Assembly (NCBI GenBank): GCA_030390025.1
Contig: CM059425.1
Coordinates: 244,528,001-244,592,000 of the forward strand
DNA from: Squalus acanthias
Lineage: Eukaryota
DNA: 64,000 bases
Reading direction: 5' to 3'
Position 1 is the first letter of the stretch. Each line of letters begins with the position of its first letter. The position numbers were made by a program, and so were the translations under genes. Positions 25,271 through 38,689 of this stretch are shown here, one piece after another. A model generated the notes under the pieces. It searched no databases. It saw only the letters and a list, made by a program, of their open reading frames with translations, and was not told the origin of the DNA.

Positions 25271-26799
25271 AGACTGTTTTTCCAGGGTATCTGCGGTTTT
25301 CTCAGCTACAGCAAATGAGCAGGAGAATCCCTGCAGGGATTAACCCTCAAAAAATCTTCTAATCCCAGTTGACATTAATTGTGTAGTCACCTCCACAAGC
25401 TTCAGCTTGGTTCAGTTGGTAGCACTCTGGTCTCTCAGTCAGAAGGCTGTGGGTTCAGCACTTGAATAGATAATCCAGACCGACACTGAACACTGAGGAG
25501 GTTAAACCAAGGCCCCCTCTTCCTGCAAAAACAGATCAACTGACCTGACTCCACAGCTATATACGAAAGCTCCTCCAACCCACACCTTCCGCTCTTCTCA
25601 AAGTCAGGCATGGATTAGTGTGTACCGCACCGCCCCCCCACCCCCCAGTGTCAGAGTTTTCAGCCGTCTCAGCTCTCCATTCTAGAATTCCATTTCTAAA
25701 TCCGTGCTTTGCTTTGTAACTCCTTTCCTTTCATCATTCTTGAAGCCGCATCTTCAACCATAGATTTGGTCACCTCACCTCAGCTTTTTCCTTTTCCTGC
25801 TTAACGTCCCTTGGTAAAGTGCTTTTTGATGTTTCACTACATAAAAAGGCACTACAGTTACCATTCCATTTGCAGTTGCAATTCACTGACAGTTGACTCT
25901 GAAAGACAGCTCATGGGCGATTGTAAAAAAACAGTTTTGCAAAATGTAATGCTCTATCAGGTCATGTTTGAATCAAGAATATAAATAATTTTAAATCTCT
26001 CAAAATGAAACAAATAAAAATATAATCCACCGGTCAAATACTTTTGGGCTCACGTATTCTAAATGATAATGTTGAAGTGCATATTTAGGCAGCTTTCAGC
26101 ATACCTTTGTAATGGATAAGAAAATGACAAATAAGTGCTTGAATACAGATTATATTGGGCTTGCATGCCAATTATATCTGACAACACATGTAAAAATAAA
26201 GATACGCTGCCTTGGGCTAAATCATATTTTTGTATTAAGGGTTTTGACACTCATTGCAGGGTCTTATTTTAAAGCTACGTTATTGATGAACAACAAATAT
26301 TAAATCAGCTGGAATGCACCAAATCAATTTCAATGACTAATGTTGCCAAAACAAAATGTGTCTCATCATTTACCCAGCGCAGTTATGGTAATTCTGCAAC
26401 CACATTTACATAAATAAAACATTGCATAAATTTTTCATTTCACTGATCATAGGAGATGTATTCTCTTGTTTACAAGTATTTCAGTGGCTTCTAATCTCCT
26501 CTACATACTGTGATACATGCTATGGGCAACTGAGTTGGCAAGGGACAACTGCAGCAGCGACAGAAGTCCTGCTGCCTGGAACAATGCCTCGTAATGGCCT
26601 TCCCACACCCCATCATCAAACGGCATAAACAACGATGTTTAAAATGCAATGGGGCCTCTCAATCTGTTTTTTTGTTAAAATGCAACAGCAAAAGAAGCAA
26701 TTTGCTGACTAGAGATTGGAAAAGAGAAAAAAAGGTCACTGCACCGCATCTCACTTTTCTTTTGAAAGCTCATTTAAGAAAGAAAAGAAAGGAGAAAAG

Positions 26800-27020
26800 A
26801 GAGATCTTGCATTTATGTATCCCCATTCACAACCTCAGGATGTCCCAAAGTGTTTCACAGGAACTGAAATGCTTTTTGAACTGTAGTCACTGTTGTAATG
26901 TAGGAAACGTGGCAGCCAATTTGTGCACAGCAAGGTTCCACAAACAGCAATGTGATAGTGACCAGATCATCTGTTTTTCGTTACGTTGGTTGAAGGATAA
27001 ATATTGACCAGGACACTGGT
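26800..27020 (-). mobile_element. Partial Deu-type SINE
   Basis: TGTAGTCACTGTTGTAATGTAGGAAACGTGGCAGCCAATTTG, shared with the other copies. Confidence 0.75.
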
Positions 27021-27039
27021 CAGTTCCACTCGCAACTCC

Positions 27040-27865
27040 TCAGATAATGAACCTGGACAACATTCAGGCTTGGGCTGAACATTGGGAATAACATTCATGC
27101 CACAAAGTGCCAGGCAATGACTATCTCCAACAAGAGAGTCTAACCACCTCCCCTTAACATTCAATGGCATTACTATCACCGAATCCCCCACCATCAACAT
27201 CCTGGGGGGGTCACCATTGACCAGAAACTTAACTGGACCAGTCATATAAATACTGTGGCTACAAGAGCAGGGCAGAGGCTGGGTATTCTGCGGCAAGTGG
27301 CTCACCTTCTGACTCCCCAAAGCCTTTCCACCATCTATAAGGGACAAGTTAGGATTGTGATGGAATACTCTCCACTTGCCTGGATGAGTACAGCTCCCAC
27401 AACACTCAAGAAGCTCAACATCATCCAGGACAAAGCAGCCCACTTGATTGGTACACCATCCACCACCTTAAGCATTCACGACCTCCACCACCGACGCACC
27501 CTGGCTACAATGTGTACCATCTACAAGATGCACTGCAGCAACTCGCCAAGGCTTCTTCGGCAGCACTTCCCAAACCCGTGACCTCTACCACCTAGAAGGA
27601 CAAGGGCAGCAGGCGCATGGGAACACCACCACCTCCAAGTTCCCCTCCAAGTCACACACCATCCTGACTTGGAAATATATCGCCGTTCCTTCATCGTCGC
27701 TGGGTCAAAATCCTGGAACTCCTTCCCTAACAGCATCTTCACCACAAGGACTGCAGTGGTTCAAGAAGGCAGCTCACCACCACCTTCTCATGGGCAACTA
27801 GGGATGGGCAATAAATGCTGGCCTTGCCAGCGACGCCCACATCCCAGGAACGAATACAAAAAAAT
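27040..27865 (+). mobile_element. 5'-truncated LINE of a second CR1/L2-group family
   Basis: AGQRLGILR, IYKGQVR.VMEYSPLAW, IQDKAAHLIG and HHRR motifs; 3' end GCCCACATCCC...AAAAAAA. Confidence 0.85.
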
Positions 27866-30800
27866 GAACTCCTCTGCTCTTCAAAATATTGACGTGGGAT
27901 CTTTTATTTGCTATAAAGTCAGATACATCAAAGCTAAGGTGCAAGGTGTGATGATGCGCTTAAGTAAATTGTACTGGCTTTTGGTGTACAGTCAAATGCA
28001 ACTACATACAACAGCAGGCCATGTGCCATGTAGGTTACAAATGGATTCTTCAACATGCAAAGAATAAAATAAAATCTTATTCCAGAGTAGAAAGTACCTG
28101 GATACGGTGTTGAGAAGAGCCCCTGCAAGCAACTGGTTTATAGGTTGAAGGCACTTTGGCAGCATTCATACGTGCAGTGAAGGAGACCACAGGTTCACCC
28201 AGGTAATGAAATCTAGACTTGTACTTCCACTCGAATCTGAGCCGCCAAGGGAAATAATGCCACAGCATCCAAACACGATATAATATACGAGCATCAATTT
28301 GCTCACTCCATTAATCTCTGCAATAAATTGGCTTGACATTGAACAGGTCCTGCCGCTCTGCATTTCCCTACCAGAATGGAAGCAGACACATGTCATTTCA
28401 ACACATGCCTGATACAGCATAACCCTAACCTGAGGGTACCGCTGAAAGTAGACACTTTTTTACTGTGTAATGTAAGGGGGGGGGGGAACTTACTTTTGCA
28501 GTGCTGAATATTAGAAACCAGAATATGAAAAACATTTACAAAACCCCAGGAGCTGGGCTAATTTGTAATATTCTACAATTTGCCTGCAATCTGGAATACG
28601 ATTATCTTTTAAGCTAAAAATTTTACCTTCAAGTTTTAAAAGGAATGGGCTAGCACATGAAAAGTTTGCTTCCAACATCTAGATAGAAATGCACTTGCCT
28701 CAGTGAATCAAATGCATCTACAGATTACATTCATAATGAGGAAAAGAGACAACTATTTTACTCAGCTACGAGAGATGCCCAGTGTTATTATTGTTAATCA
28801 CACTGGATACACAATCTGCTGTATTTCCTGACCTATGTCAAGAGGGGGGAAATGATGATTAATGAGATAATGGAGTAAGTGCTGATCAAAACCGTGGTAC
28901 TGTATTATGAAGCATCAGAGGCAAGGTTAATGCTGTTGATAATATATTTTTGGTTAAGCATAAAAGCACACTAAAATCACAGATGGAATTAATTATAAGT
29001 CAGACAAAGGATGTTGTCAAGAGTGCGGCCAACAGTTCTGAAAAGAAAACAACCTGGAAGACAGATCCTGTGAATACTTTTGTTTGATAACGCTCCTGTG
29101 AAGCGCCTTGGGATGTTTTACTACGTTAAAGGTGCTACATAAATACAAGTTGTTGTTGCAGGAATGGATAAGGACAGCAGGTTTCCTTCCCACAAGGACA
29201 TTCATGAACCAGTTGGTTCTTTATGACAATCTCCTTAAAACCCCCCACTTTGATGAAGCTTTTGGTTCTAATCACACTCCTTTTGCCTTGGTATCATTTT
29301 GCCTCATGCCACTTTGAAGAATTTCAAAGAGATTTTCAAAAAGAGTTGGCACAGGGACGATGGGGCCACTTGGCCTCCTGCTGCGCTGCCAAATTCAACG
29401 ATTGTATATTTTTCTATGGTAGAGGCACGATACAAATGCAAGTTGCTGTTTTTGTCTGTTGTCAATAAAGCCATTTCTAATCATTTCCTTGTTCCTTATA
29501 AGACTCACATCGCTGTCGTGGCTTCACACCACCCTACAATCTGCCTCAGCCCCTGGAATAAAGCAATCCCACAGTTCACTTTCCAACATTCAAACTCCCA
29601 GCATCTGGCCCACCGCCCACCTCGATACATGAGCTGCACGTGATCTGCTCATTAGCTCACCCTAAACTGTGCCACCCACATTCTATCCTGCACCAAGTCG
29701 TACTCCCCATTCTGCTCTGTCGTCACTAACCATCCCTCGTCGTCTATCTTCCCAGCACTTCAATTTTAAATGTTTCCACCGCCATTTCCCCCACCACCAC
29801 CAGCAGTCTTCTTCAGCCCTCTGTCCCTCGATAAATTTATTACCGTTCAACTTTGCAGCATTCTCTCTTTTGCTTTGTTCGACAGAGGAAGAAGGAAGCG
29901 AAAGAAAGTACAGGAAGCAAAAAGTTGAAAACGACAACAAGAGATAAAATAGGATTTGCCTTTTAATGAAAAGTTTTCTTGTAGTTTGTTGTTCAGCACT
30001 GCAATATAGGCGCTTAAATAATCTTCCCAGAAATATGAGCAGTATTCAATCCTTGGAGAGATGCAGGCTTTATAGGGAGATAGTTATTGGAGGGAAAAGA
30101 ATTGTTTGGCACAATTTCAATTACAACTCAATTTCCAGTGACATAAAATAACCCATCATGTGGCATAAACTAACCAACCTCATTCAGAAACTACAAAGAT
30201 TTGTAGAACAGGAAATTGTTGCAGTTGGCAATGCTTTCCTAAGGTTGGAATTGAGGTACAATTGAGTAGTGAAGAGGAAGCTTTATGTTGCATCTAACAT
30301 GTGCTATTCCTAATCGAGGAGTGTTTGATGCCAATACTGGATATAGAACATAAGAAAATGTTTCTTTCCCTAACATGGACACATCATCTTGATATGGAGA
30401 AAAATACATCATTGTGCGCCCACCGCCTCCCGCACCCCCACCCCAAAAAAGAACCTGTTGAGCTTTCATCAATCTATTGCACACTACTACATCAATGTAT
30501 TGATATTATGCTTTGGAGCGGCTCATACCCATGATTCCTGCACAGTTTTCTAACTCAGTCAGACCATCATAAGAGGCATGAAGGTGCAATTTTCCTCCAG
30601 AGCGAGAGAAGGGAAAAACAATTATAAAATCAGGCAGTAATTGGCACTATTAAAGAGGTGGATGTTAGGAGAGGGAAGTGAAGAGGCAGAAGGTTTTAGG
30701 GAGGGAAGTCCGGAGCATGGGGTGTCGGCACGCTGAATGGTTAGGTGAAGGGAGGGGAGAATGCACAATTGGCCAGAATCAGAGTAATGGAGAATGTGGA

Positions 30801-31393
30801 ATGGGGTTGTAGGAAGTTAGAGAGATGGGGAGGGGGCAAGGCAATGAAGGAATTTGAGCACGAGGTTGAGAATTTTAACTTTAATGCATGATTGTATTGT
30901 CAGAATGGGATCGGATACCAATAACAATTTGCCAGTATCTGGCGATAGTTGTATCATCAAGGGGAGATTTAATAACAATACTATTTGCAAACACATGTGG
31001 CAGGAAATATAGTCAACTCTAATTACAAGTTTGTAACACTTGAATTTCAACACAGAACTGATAATCACAGTGGAAAGGAGAGTAGAAATGAATAAGCATC
31101 TTCGAATGAGATGAACCATATATGATTGAACTAAACTTGGTTTTAAAACTTACATCACAAAAACAGGATTATATTTACTCTTCTGGCAGCACCTAATGCA
31201 AGAAAATGGCAAACAATGCACATCAGCAAATTTGAGAGTGCCAGGGTAAATAATATTTAAGTCTTACCAATGTTTACTAAAAATGCAGCAATAATCTCCT
31301 TCAAAGTATCCCTGGCAATAAACGACTGATTAAACTCCTTGTCGTGATCCAATCAGAGAGCCATTTATTGGCTCAAACGTTGGAAAAATAAGA

Positions 31394-32190
31394 GGGCTGG
31401 ATTTACCAGCCCTTGGGAGGCGGGTTTGGAGGCGGGACTGCGGCAAAATGGGAAAAATTGGGAGCGGGTCCCAAACCCGCTCCCAACCCGCCTCCGAACC
31501 ATCTTCCTGGGAGGCAGGTCCCCGAGTTGCGCAGGGACCCGTCTCCTCGAGGCTGGAAGGGGATTAGAGCCAATTAACTGCCTGTTAACAGGTAGTTAAC
31601 AGGCAGTTTTGAGGCTTTTCCCCATTTTACGCCTGCAAGTGCGGGCTTCCCGATGGCTGCGAACCTCGCCAGGGTCAGTGAGGTGAGCAGTGGGTCTGTG
31701 GGGGTGAGAGGGGTCAGAATGTCAGCTGTAGAGGTGAGTGATGGGTACAAGTGTGGACAGGTAAGTATGAGAGGTGAGTGTAAAGTGTTGGAAAAAGTTT
31801 CCTTACCTTTGTTTCTTTCTGCAGGCTTCAACCTTTGAGGATCCGCAGATGCAGCAGCCATCTGCTTTCTGCTGAGGAGAGAGGTCTTGGTGAGCCTTCT
31901 GTGCAAGGGCTCACCTTAGAACAGAGATTATCAGTGTTTGACAGCTTCTCAAAGCTGTCAAACGCTGACAATTCATCAGTCAAAAATTGTTCGACAGATG
32001 AAGTGTCATATGTTGACGTCATCTCTCACCGGCTTTCCCTTAATTGGCCAGCTAAGCCCACAGGACGGGCTTAACAAAGCCAATCAAGGGAAAATAGTGT
32101 GCGTTGGTCAGACGTCGCTGGGGGCGGGTCTGAAACCTGGAAACCAGAAGTCCCACCTCCAGCATATCTCCACAGGTAAGATCGCGGCCA
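31394..32190. mobile_element. ~800-bp Harbinger-type non-autonomous element
   Basis: Ends GGGCTGGATTTACC and GGTAAGATCGCGGCC with AGA/GAG flanks. Its right part recurs inverted at 45205-45445; its left part resembles 16336-16435. Confidence 0.7.
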
Positions 32191-32614
32191 GAGTTTTCAC
32201 TAAAAATCAACAAGCATAATTATCTTTAGAAATGGTAAAAATGTGTGCGATAAATAATTCTTTCAATAGTCAAAGTCAAAATCGTTTGACTACCGTGCCC
32301 AGTAAAACATAGCTCAGCACAGTAGATTATTAATGCGCAGTAATCATTTAATTGAAGGTAATTTAAAATGCACAATGTGCAGATTCCATTGAAGCCTTTT
32401 CAGGCACAAATTGTCTCTACCCTTTTGGGTCTCAGCAGTTTGGGGATTTTCACTTGGGTTACGTATTAAAGCAACTAATCTTTATTAGCATGCCAGACAC
32501 GTCCGTTTATTTAGTAAGCAGTGAATACATTTTTAATACAATAATTGTCTCCTTATTCTGAATTAGAAACCATTACAGTTGTCCTTTAACATAAACCACA
32601 GCATTTATAACTAA

Positions 32615-33200
32615 CTCCATATACCCGCCTTTGGCCCATATCCCTTAATACCTTTGGTTAACAGAAAATTATCAATCTCCGATTTACAATTAACTATTGA
32701 TCTAGCATCAATTACCGTTTGCGGAAGAGAGTTCCAAACTTCTACCACCCTTTGTGTGTAGAAGTGTTTCTAATTTCACTCCTGAAAGGTCTGGCTCTAA
32801 TTTTTAGACTATGCCCTCTAGTCCTAGAATCCCCAACCAGCGGAAATAGTTTCTCTCTATCTGCCCTATCTGTTCCCCTTAATATCTTGAAAACTTCGAT
32901 CAGATCACCTCTTAACCTTCTAAATTCTAGGGAATACAACCCTAATTTGTGTAATCGCTCCTCATAACTTAACCCTTGAAGTCTGGGTGTCATTCTAGTA
33001 AACCTACGCTGCACTCCCTCCAAAGCCAATATATCCTTCCTAAAGTGTTGTGCCTAGAGCTGCTCACAGTACTCCAGGTGTGGTCTAACCAGGGTTTTGT
33101 ATAACTGCAGCATCACTTCTACCCCCTTGTATTCTAGTCCTCTAGATATAAAGGCCAGCATCCCATTAGCCTTTTTGATTATTTTCTGCACCTGTTCATG
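32615..33200 (-). mobile_element. CR1 3' fragment
   Basis: KANGMLAFISRG, LVRPHLEYC and RRLRGDLIEVFK on the minus strand. Confidence 0.9.
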
Positions 33201-33204
33201 ACAG

Positions 33205-33660
33205 CCTTGTATCAATGGTAACACTCTCGCCTCTGAGTCAGAAGGTCGTGGGTTCCACTCCCACCCCAGAGACTTGAGCACATAATCTAAACTGACACTT
33301 CAATGCAGTACTGAGGGAGTGCTGCACTGTTGGAGGTGCCGTCTTTTGGATCAGGCATTAAACTGATGCCCCATCTGCCCTCTCATGTTGACATAAAAGA
33401 TACCACGCCACTATTTCGAAGAAGAGCAGGGGAGTTCGTCCGGTGTCCTACCCAATACATATCCCTCGACCAACACCTAAAACAGAAGATCTGGTCATCA
33501 ATTTCATTGCTGTTTGTGGTAGCTTATTGTGCTTACAAATTGGCTGTCACGTTTCCTACATTAGAACAGTGACTACACTTCAAAAATACTTAATTGGCTG
33601 TAAAGAGCTTTGGGACATCCTGAAGTCGTGGAAGGCACTATATAAATGCAAGTCTCTCTT
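33205..33660 (+). mobile_element. Near full-length Deu-type tRNA SINE
   Basis: tRNA head, GCAGTACTGAGGGAGTGCTGCACTG core, and tail TATATAAATGCAAGTCT. Confidence 0.85.
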
Positions 33661-34477
33661 TCGGTTGAATAATCTGCTGTGTAAGGAACAATGGTCAGGC
33701 ACCAAAGTATAATGGCTTGTGCCTGTGGACCTATACCAAGAAAGGAGTCAGTGGGAGGAAGTGGAAGAATAATGAGGGTATGAATTACAAGAAGAGGCAA
33801 CAGGCATGTATATTGATTAGTCTGCGGTCCCTCATCGAGCCAAAATGAGTAACTTAATAGAAAGGTTTGGGTCCTGGACATTTTAAGACACGATACAATA
33901 CCACTGCTGTTTTCAGCTAGTACTTAACTAATGGGAACTTATCAACAACTGATTCTGTAAGGCTACTTACATTTTCAATGTGCTCTTAAACAAATGGCAG
34001 TACAAGTGTAAATATAATATTTGATAGCAACATTTAGCAAACAAATTTCCAGTTTGAATATAAATCCATTACTCATCTGAATGCAAAAAAAATTGAAAAA
34101 TGTTGCATTGTCTGATTTTGTGGGTGGACAAGGAGAATATATGGATCATTCAAGGCAGTTCCAATTGTGCTCATTTATATTGTGACCTAATCCCTCAGTG
34201 GTAGTAGTCAGTCAAATATGAGATCTGTCTATTGGAAGGAACGCATGACCAGCTGGAGTAGGTTAGCTTTCAGCTTTGCATGGCAATGACATATATACTT
34301 AACACAAAATGACTGGGATATCTTCCCTGGTTACACATTTGTCATAATGATCTGCCATGCACAGTCTACTCTTCGCATCTCTGTCAGAGCCTTTATTGTG
34401 CAATACTGTCATGTTATGCTTGTATCTTATGATTTTTCTTAAAAGGGAAGGCATATTCTGCAGAGCAGGTGTTAACC

Positions 34478-34645
34478 GTGGCTCATTGGTTGCACTCTCG
34501 CCTGTCTGAGTCAGAAGGTTGTCGGCTCAAGTCTCTCCTCAGGGACTTGAGCACAAAATCTCGGCCGATACTCCTGTGCAATAAAGAGGGAATGCTGTGC
34601 TGTCAGAGGTGTTGTCTTTCTGACGAGACGCTAAACCGAGGCCCA
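34478..34645 (+). mobile_element. 5' part of a Deu-type SINE
   Basis: GTGGCTCATTGGTTGCACTCTCGCCTGTCTGAGTCAGAAGG head. Confidence 0.75.
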
Positions 34646-36205
34646 GAACTTGTACACGGTACTCCAGATGTGGTCTAACCAGGGCTTTGTATAGCTGTAG
34701 CAAAACTTCCTCCCCTTTATATTCTAGCCCTTTAGTTATAAAGGCCTTTAAATAACGCTTCCCCAGCCCCTTCTTGAATTGAAAACCTTCCCCTCTACTT
34801 GTCGTTCCTAGCGGCATGCACGACCTCACCCAATTTTTCCCCCTCTGTCTTCTACTGCCTAACCACTCTCTTAAACAGGTCAATCATTTGCCTTCAATTC
34901 CATTAACCTTTTTGATTATTTTTTGTACCTGACCTACTACATTTTTGTGATCTGTGTACATGGATCCCCATATCTCATTGGACCTCCACTATTCCTAGAT
35001 TTTCACCCTTTAAAAAAATACTTGATCTCACCTTTTTTGGTCAGAGGACCTCACACTTACCTGCGTTGAAATCCATGTGCCACAGTTTTGCCCACTCATT
35101 TAATCTATCAATGTCTATTTGTAATTTTATGCTTGCGTCTACACTACTTACTATGCAACTAATCTTTGTGTCATCGACAAACTTAGTTATATGGCTCTCT
35201 ATTGTATATTTTCAGTCATTAATAAATATAGTGAATAGTTGAGGCCCCAGCACAGTTCCTTGTGGGACACCACAAGTAACTTCCTTCGAATATACTCTCT
35301 GGGGGAAAAATTCAGTTGGTTAGCACCTCCCATTAGCGCCTCCGGGGGGCGCTAGGAACTTAGCGTGAGCGCGGCGATTTTAGCGGCACTCGCAAAATTG
35401 ACCAGTCGTTTTGCGGCAGTGCTAAACACTACTGCCACGATCTCCTGTGCCTGCAGGTCATGATGTCAGTCGAGTGTGCAACGCCCCGGTGGCACCCCGG
35501 ACTGGATATTAAGTCATGCCCCCTGCCTAAGCGCCTGCCGCTAGGAACGACAGGTAGAGGGGAATGTTTTCAATTCAGGAAGGGGCTGGGGGAGCGCTAT
35601 TTAAAGGCATGCACTTCCTGCTTTTCTTGTCAGCAAAATTTTTGGTACACGCAGGTTGAGAGGGAGAGAGACATCGGGAGAGATTTAACGCTGTCTTAAG
35701 GAGTTTTGGTCCTCAGCACCACCTTTGAGGTTCCCAAGTGCCGAGCTCTTTCCCTGGGCCTATCCATTAGTGGTTCCAACATAATTGCTTTAGAGGTCTC
35801 TCCAGGCCAAGATTCAAGGCTGCAATGAGCAGGGTGTGGCTGGCCAGCAAGATGGCCCCTCCCCTTTAAGAACTGGACGGCGCCAGTCTGTCTGGCTTCC
35901 ATGGTAACTGACATCGCCTGAGCTTCGGTAGCGTTCTGAGGTAGCGCCTCGCTCCCCGACATTAGCGCCTTAAGAGAGGTGTGTAGTGCTTGATTTAGCG
36001 CTCAAATCACCTCCAGGGTCGATAGAGGCAAATTTTGCAGTCGGAGGCGATGATTAGTGCCAGGCACTAAACTTTGTGCCCAGCCGATATTGGCGCCCCA
36101 TAATGGGCAATACCCAATTGTTCCCCCTCTGTGTTCTACTGCCTAACCAATCTCTTAAACAGGTCAATCATTTGCCTTCAATTCCATGAGCTTTAATTTT
36201 AGCCA
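34646..36205 (-). mobile_element. CR1 RT fragment hosting a Harbinger element and a templated insertion
   Basis: LVRPHLEY, FVDDTK and GVPQGTVLGP remnants on the minus strand. Confidence 0.8.
35301..36127. mobile_element. Internally deleted PIF/Harbinger-type transposon, same family as 20072-20932
   Basis: GGGGGAAAAATT and AATTGTTCCCCC termini, with a 3-bp TCT duplication (35298-35300, 36128-36130). Colinear with 20072-20932. Confidence 0.85.
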
Positions 36206-36870
36206 AGGCAGTGTCACTGAGCTAGACAACAGAGGAGAAATGTTAAAGGAGATGTTGTGGTTAATAGAGATAAAGGCTGCAGCTGTTGAGGAGGGATAAT
36301 GCATCGCAGTCACTCACAGACAAAGTATGTCATTTGTGACTTAGGTTAGGGCCTTTTTGGTACTGTGGGAGAGGCAGAAACATGATTGGAAAGATTCAAA
36401 CAGGTAGTTAAGAACATAAGAAATAGGAATAGGAGTAGGAGTAGGAGTAGGCAAAATGGCCCCTCGAGCCTGCTCTGCCATTCAATTAGATCATGACTGA
36501 TCTTCTACCTCAACTTCACTTTCCCGCCCTATCCCATATCCCGGGAGAGACGGGCACGGATTCAAGAAATGATGACTTGTTCAAGAGAGGAAAGGGTGAT
36601 TGGAATTCAGGGCAGCCAGTTTCAAGGATTGAAAGGTCGAGGGTGTTTTTTTTTTTGAGGAGGTGTTTATGACGGCAGTTTTGAAAGGGTGTGAGACAGT
36701 ACCCGAGGAGAAGAAACCATTTTAAATGTCATCCAGCATGGGAGCCAGGCAGGGATGGTGGGTGATCAGCAGTTTAGTGGGGATTGAATCAAGGAGGCGG
36801 ATTTCGTGAACGAGATGAGCTTGGAGATGACATGGAGGGTGATGGGAGAGAAGCTGGAGAGAAAGACAGG
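36206..36870 (-). mobile_element. Old L2-like LINE fragment with a CR1 tail inserted at about 36410-36541
   Basis: Decayed LLLNSCS/DLS-type RT region, TKKALT.VTNDIL remnant and SNHVSASP region; CR1 tail AAGAACATAAGAAATAGG. Confidence 0.55.
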
Positions 36871-37819
36871 GGTTTAAGCATCAAAATAGTTCAAATCATG
36901 TCCTACAAAAGCACTTTTGAATATATAAACCTTCCCTCTGTTATGGGCCAACATGACTCATAATTTCAGCAAAATAAGCTGCCCCCAAGAAAGGTTAAAC
37001 AGAATTGCTTCCCCATGATCTTCACTTGGCCACAATTGTGTAGAATAATGTAGCTTACAGCATGTTTCAAAGACAAAGAAAATTTCAACAGAATTCGATT
37101 TCCATCCACACAGTTTATGTCAACTGCTCAATGCCTTGTCCTTTACATAATGGTTAGAATCTGTTAGCTTTATAAAACATGCACGCGTGCACACACACAA
37201 AATAAATTACAATAATACAGCGGAGATATAGTGGCATCAGCTTTCATTCTCAGAGGAAAATGCATTCCCTAACCTCCTACTGATATTCTACAGGCAAAAC
37301 ATTTGCATGAAAATAGAATTCTATTCAACTACACAACAAGAGAGCATTTCCCCCCTCTATTGAGGGAGGCTTCCAGCCCTGAAGCTCCAAAAAGACCATT
37401 AAACACAAGACAATGCAAATAGATTACATGACTTGAGATCAGCAATGGGTGAAATATACCATTTGCTATCTTTAGTCTGAAACTATCACATTCATTCCAG
37501 TATCACTTGATGTGACATTTTCTAAGTACCACCGCTCTCTCATCATATGAAAAATAACACCTAGTAAAGAAAGCTCCTCTGTTTAAAGAAGCTCTTTAGC
37601 TTTTTTTTTTAAGGGAAGTGGATCAATATTTGAACAAGAGAAAGGGGAAAGGGCGGAGGAATGGGACTAAGTGGATAGTTCTTTCAGCAAGTTGGCACAG
37701 GCTCGATGGACAAATGACCGCCCTCCTGTGATATAAAATCCTATAATTCTGAAGTTTAATGGTGTTGTTAAGGGGAGGCCCCACTGGGGCAGTTGACTGG
37801 ACTTCAGGAGATCGAAGCA

Positions 37820-38060
37820 CTTTTTGACGCAACGAGTGGTTAGGATTTGGAATGCACTGCCTGATCGGGTGGTGGATACAGATTCAATAGTAGCCTTCAA
37901 AAGGGAATTGGATAAATACTTGAAGGAGAAAAAGACTGCACGTATATGGGGAGAGAGCGGGGGAGTGGGACTAACTGGATTGCTGTTCGAAAGAGCCGGC
38001 GCAGACTCGATGGGCCGAATGGCCTCCTTCTGTGCTGTACTATTCTATGATTCTATGAAA
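37820..38060 (+). mobile_element. CR1 3' end
   Basis: TQRVVRIWNALP...FKRELDKYL, followed by GGCCGAATGGCCTCCTTCTGTGCTG and a TTCTATGA tail. Confidence 0.9.
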
Positions 38061-38689
38061 TGCACATTTGATGCCTGCTCATTGGTTTCAACACAACTGG
38101 TATCTTCTGTCAATGTATCACGTGTTTTCTGGGTAATGGTTAACTTGCAGGTTACGGGTGAGAAGCATAAATAATAACTGCTCAACACGCTCACTTGTGC
38201 AGCAGCAGTGGAGCAGGAATAGCGCTACTTCCCTGGTAAGAATTAAGACATAAATTACATGAACAGTTTTACCTCAGCCAATTACAAATTAAGGCTGAAA
38301 TCTCCTTAACAGGTCATTTTAAAGCGATTTACTTTTGGCCTGAAACAGTAACCTTGAAAATGTAATTTGTGTTGAAGAAAGATGAGTGAAGCAGTTCCCC
38401 TCCGCCCCTCCCCCCTTCAGGAAGCCTTCCTGGTTCCTGAAAGGAATTATATTACAGTAATCCTGAATACTTTCTGTAATTGTATAATGTATTCCTCACC
38501 ATCTTCCTAACCGCACTCAGATACTCTGAATAGGATTGATTTATTATCCATAGGTTTTATTCCTGGCAAGCCCATGGGACTGGCTTGTAAGATCCAAACC
38601 ACTTAAACCAATATGTCTGTACAGTAGCATCCCAACAGAAACAGAAATCAAGGGGATACTTGTCTGTTTGGCTGCACATCAAGGCAGGT

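Noticed and set aside
33205-33280. tRNA genes at SINE heads (also 46750, 11450-11520 and 63230-63303)
   Set aside because: The A/B-box-like heads continue into SINE bodies and do not form complete cloverleaves.
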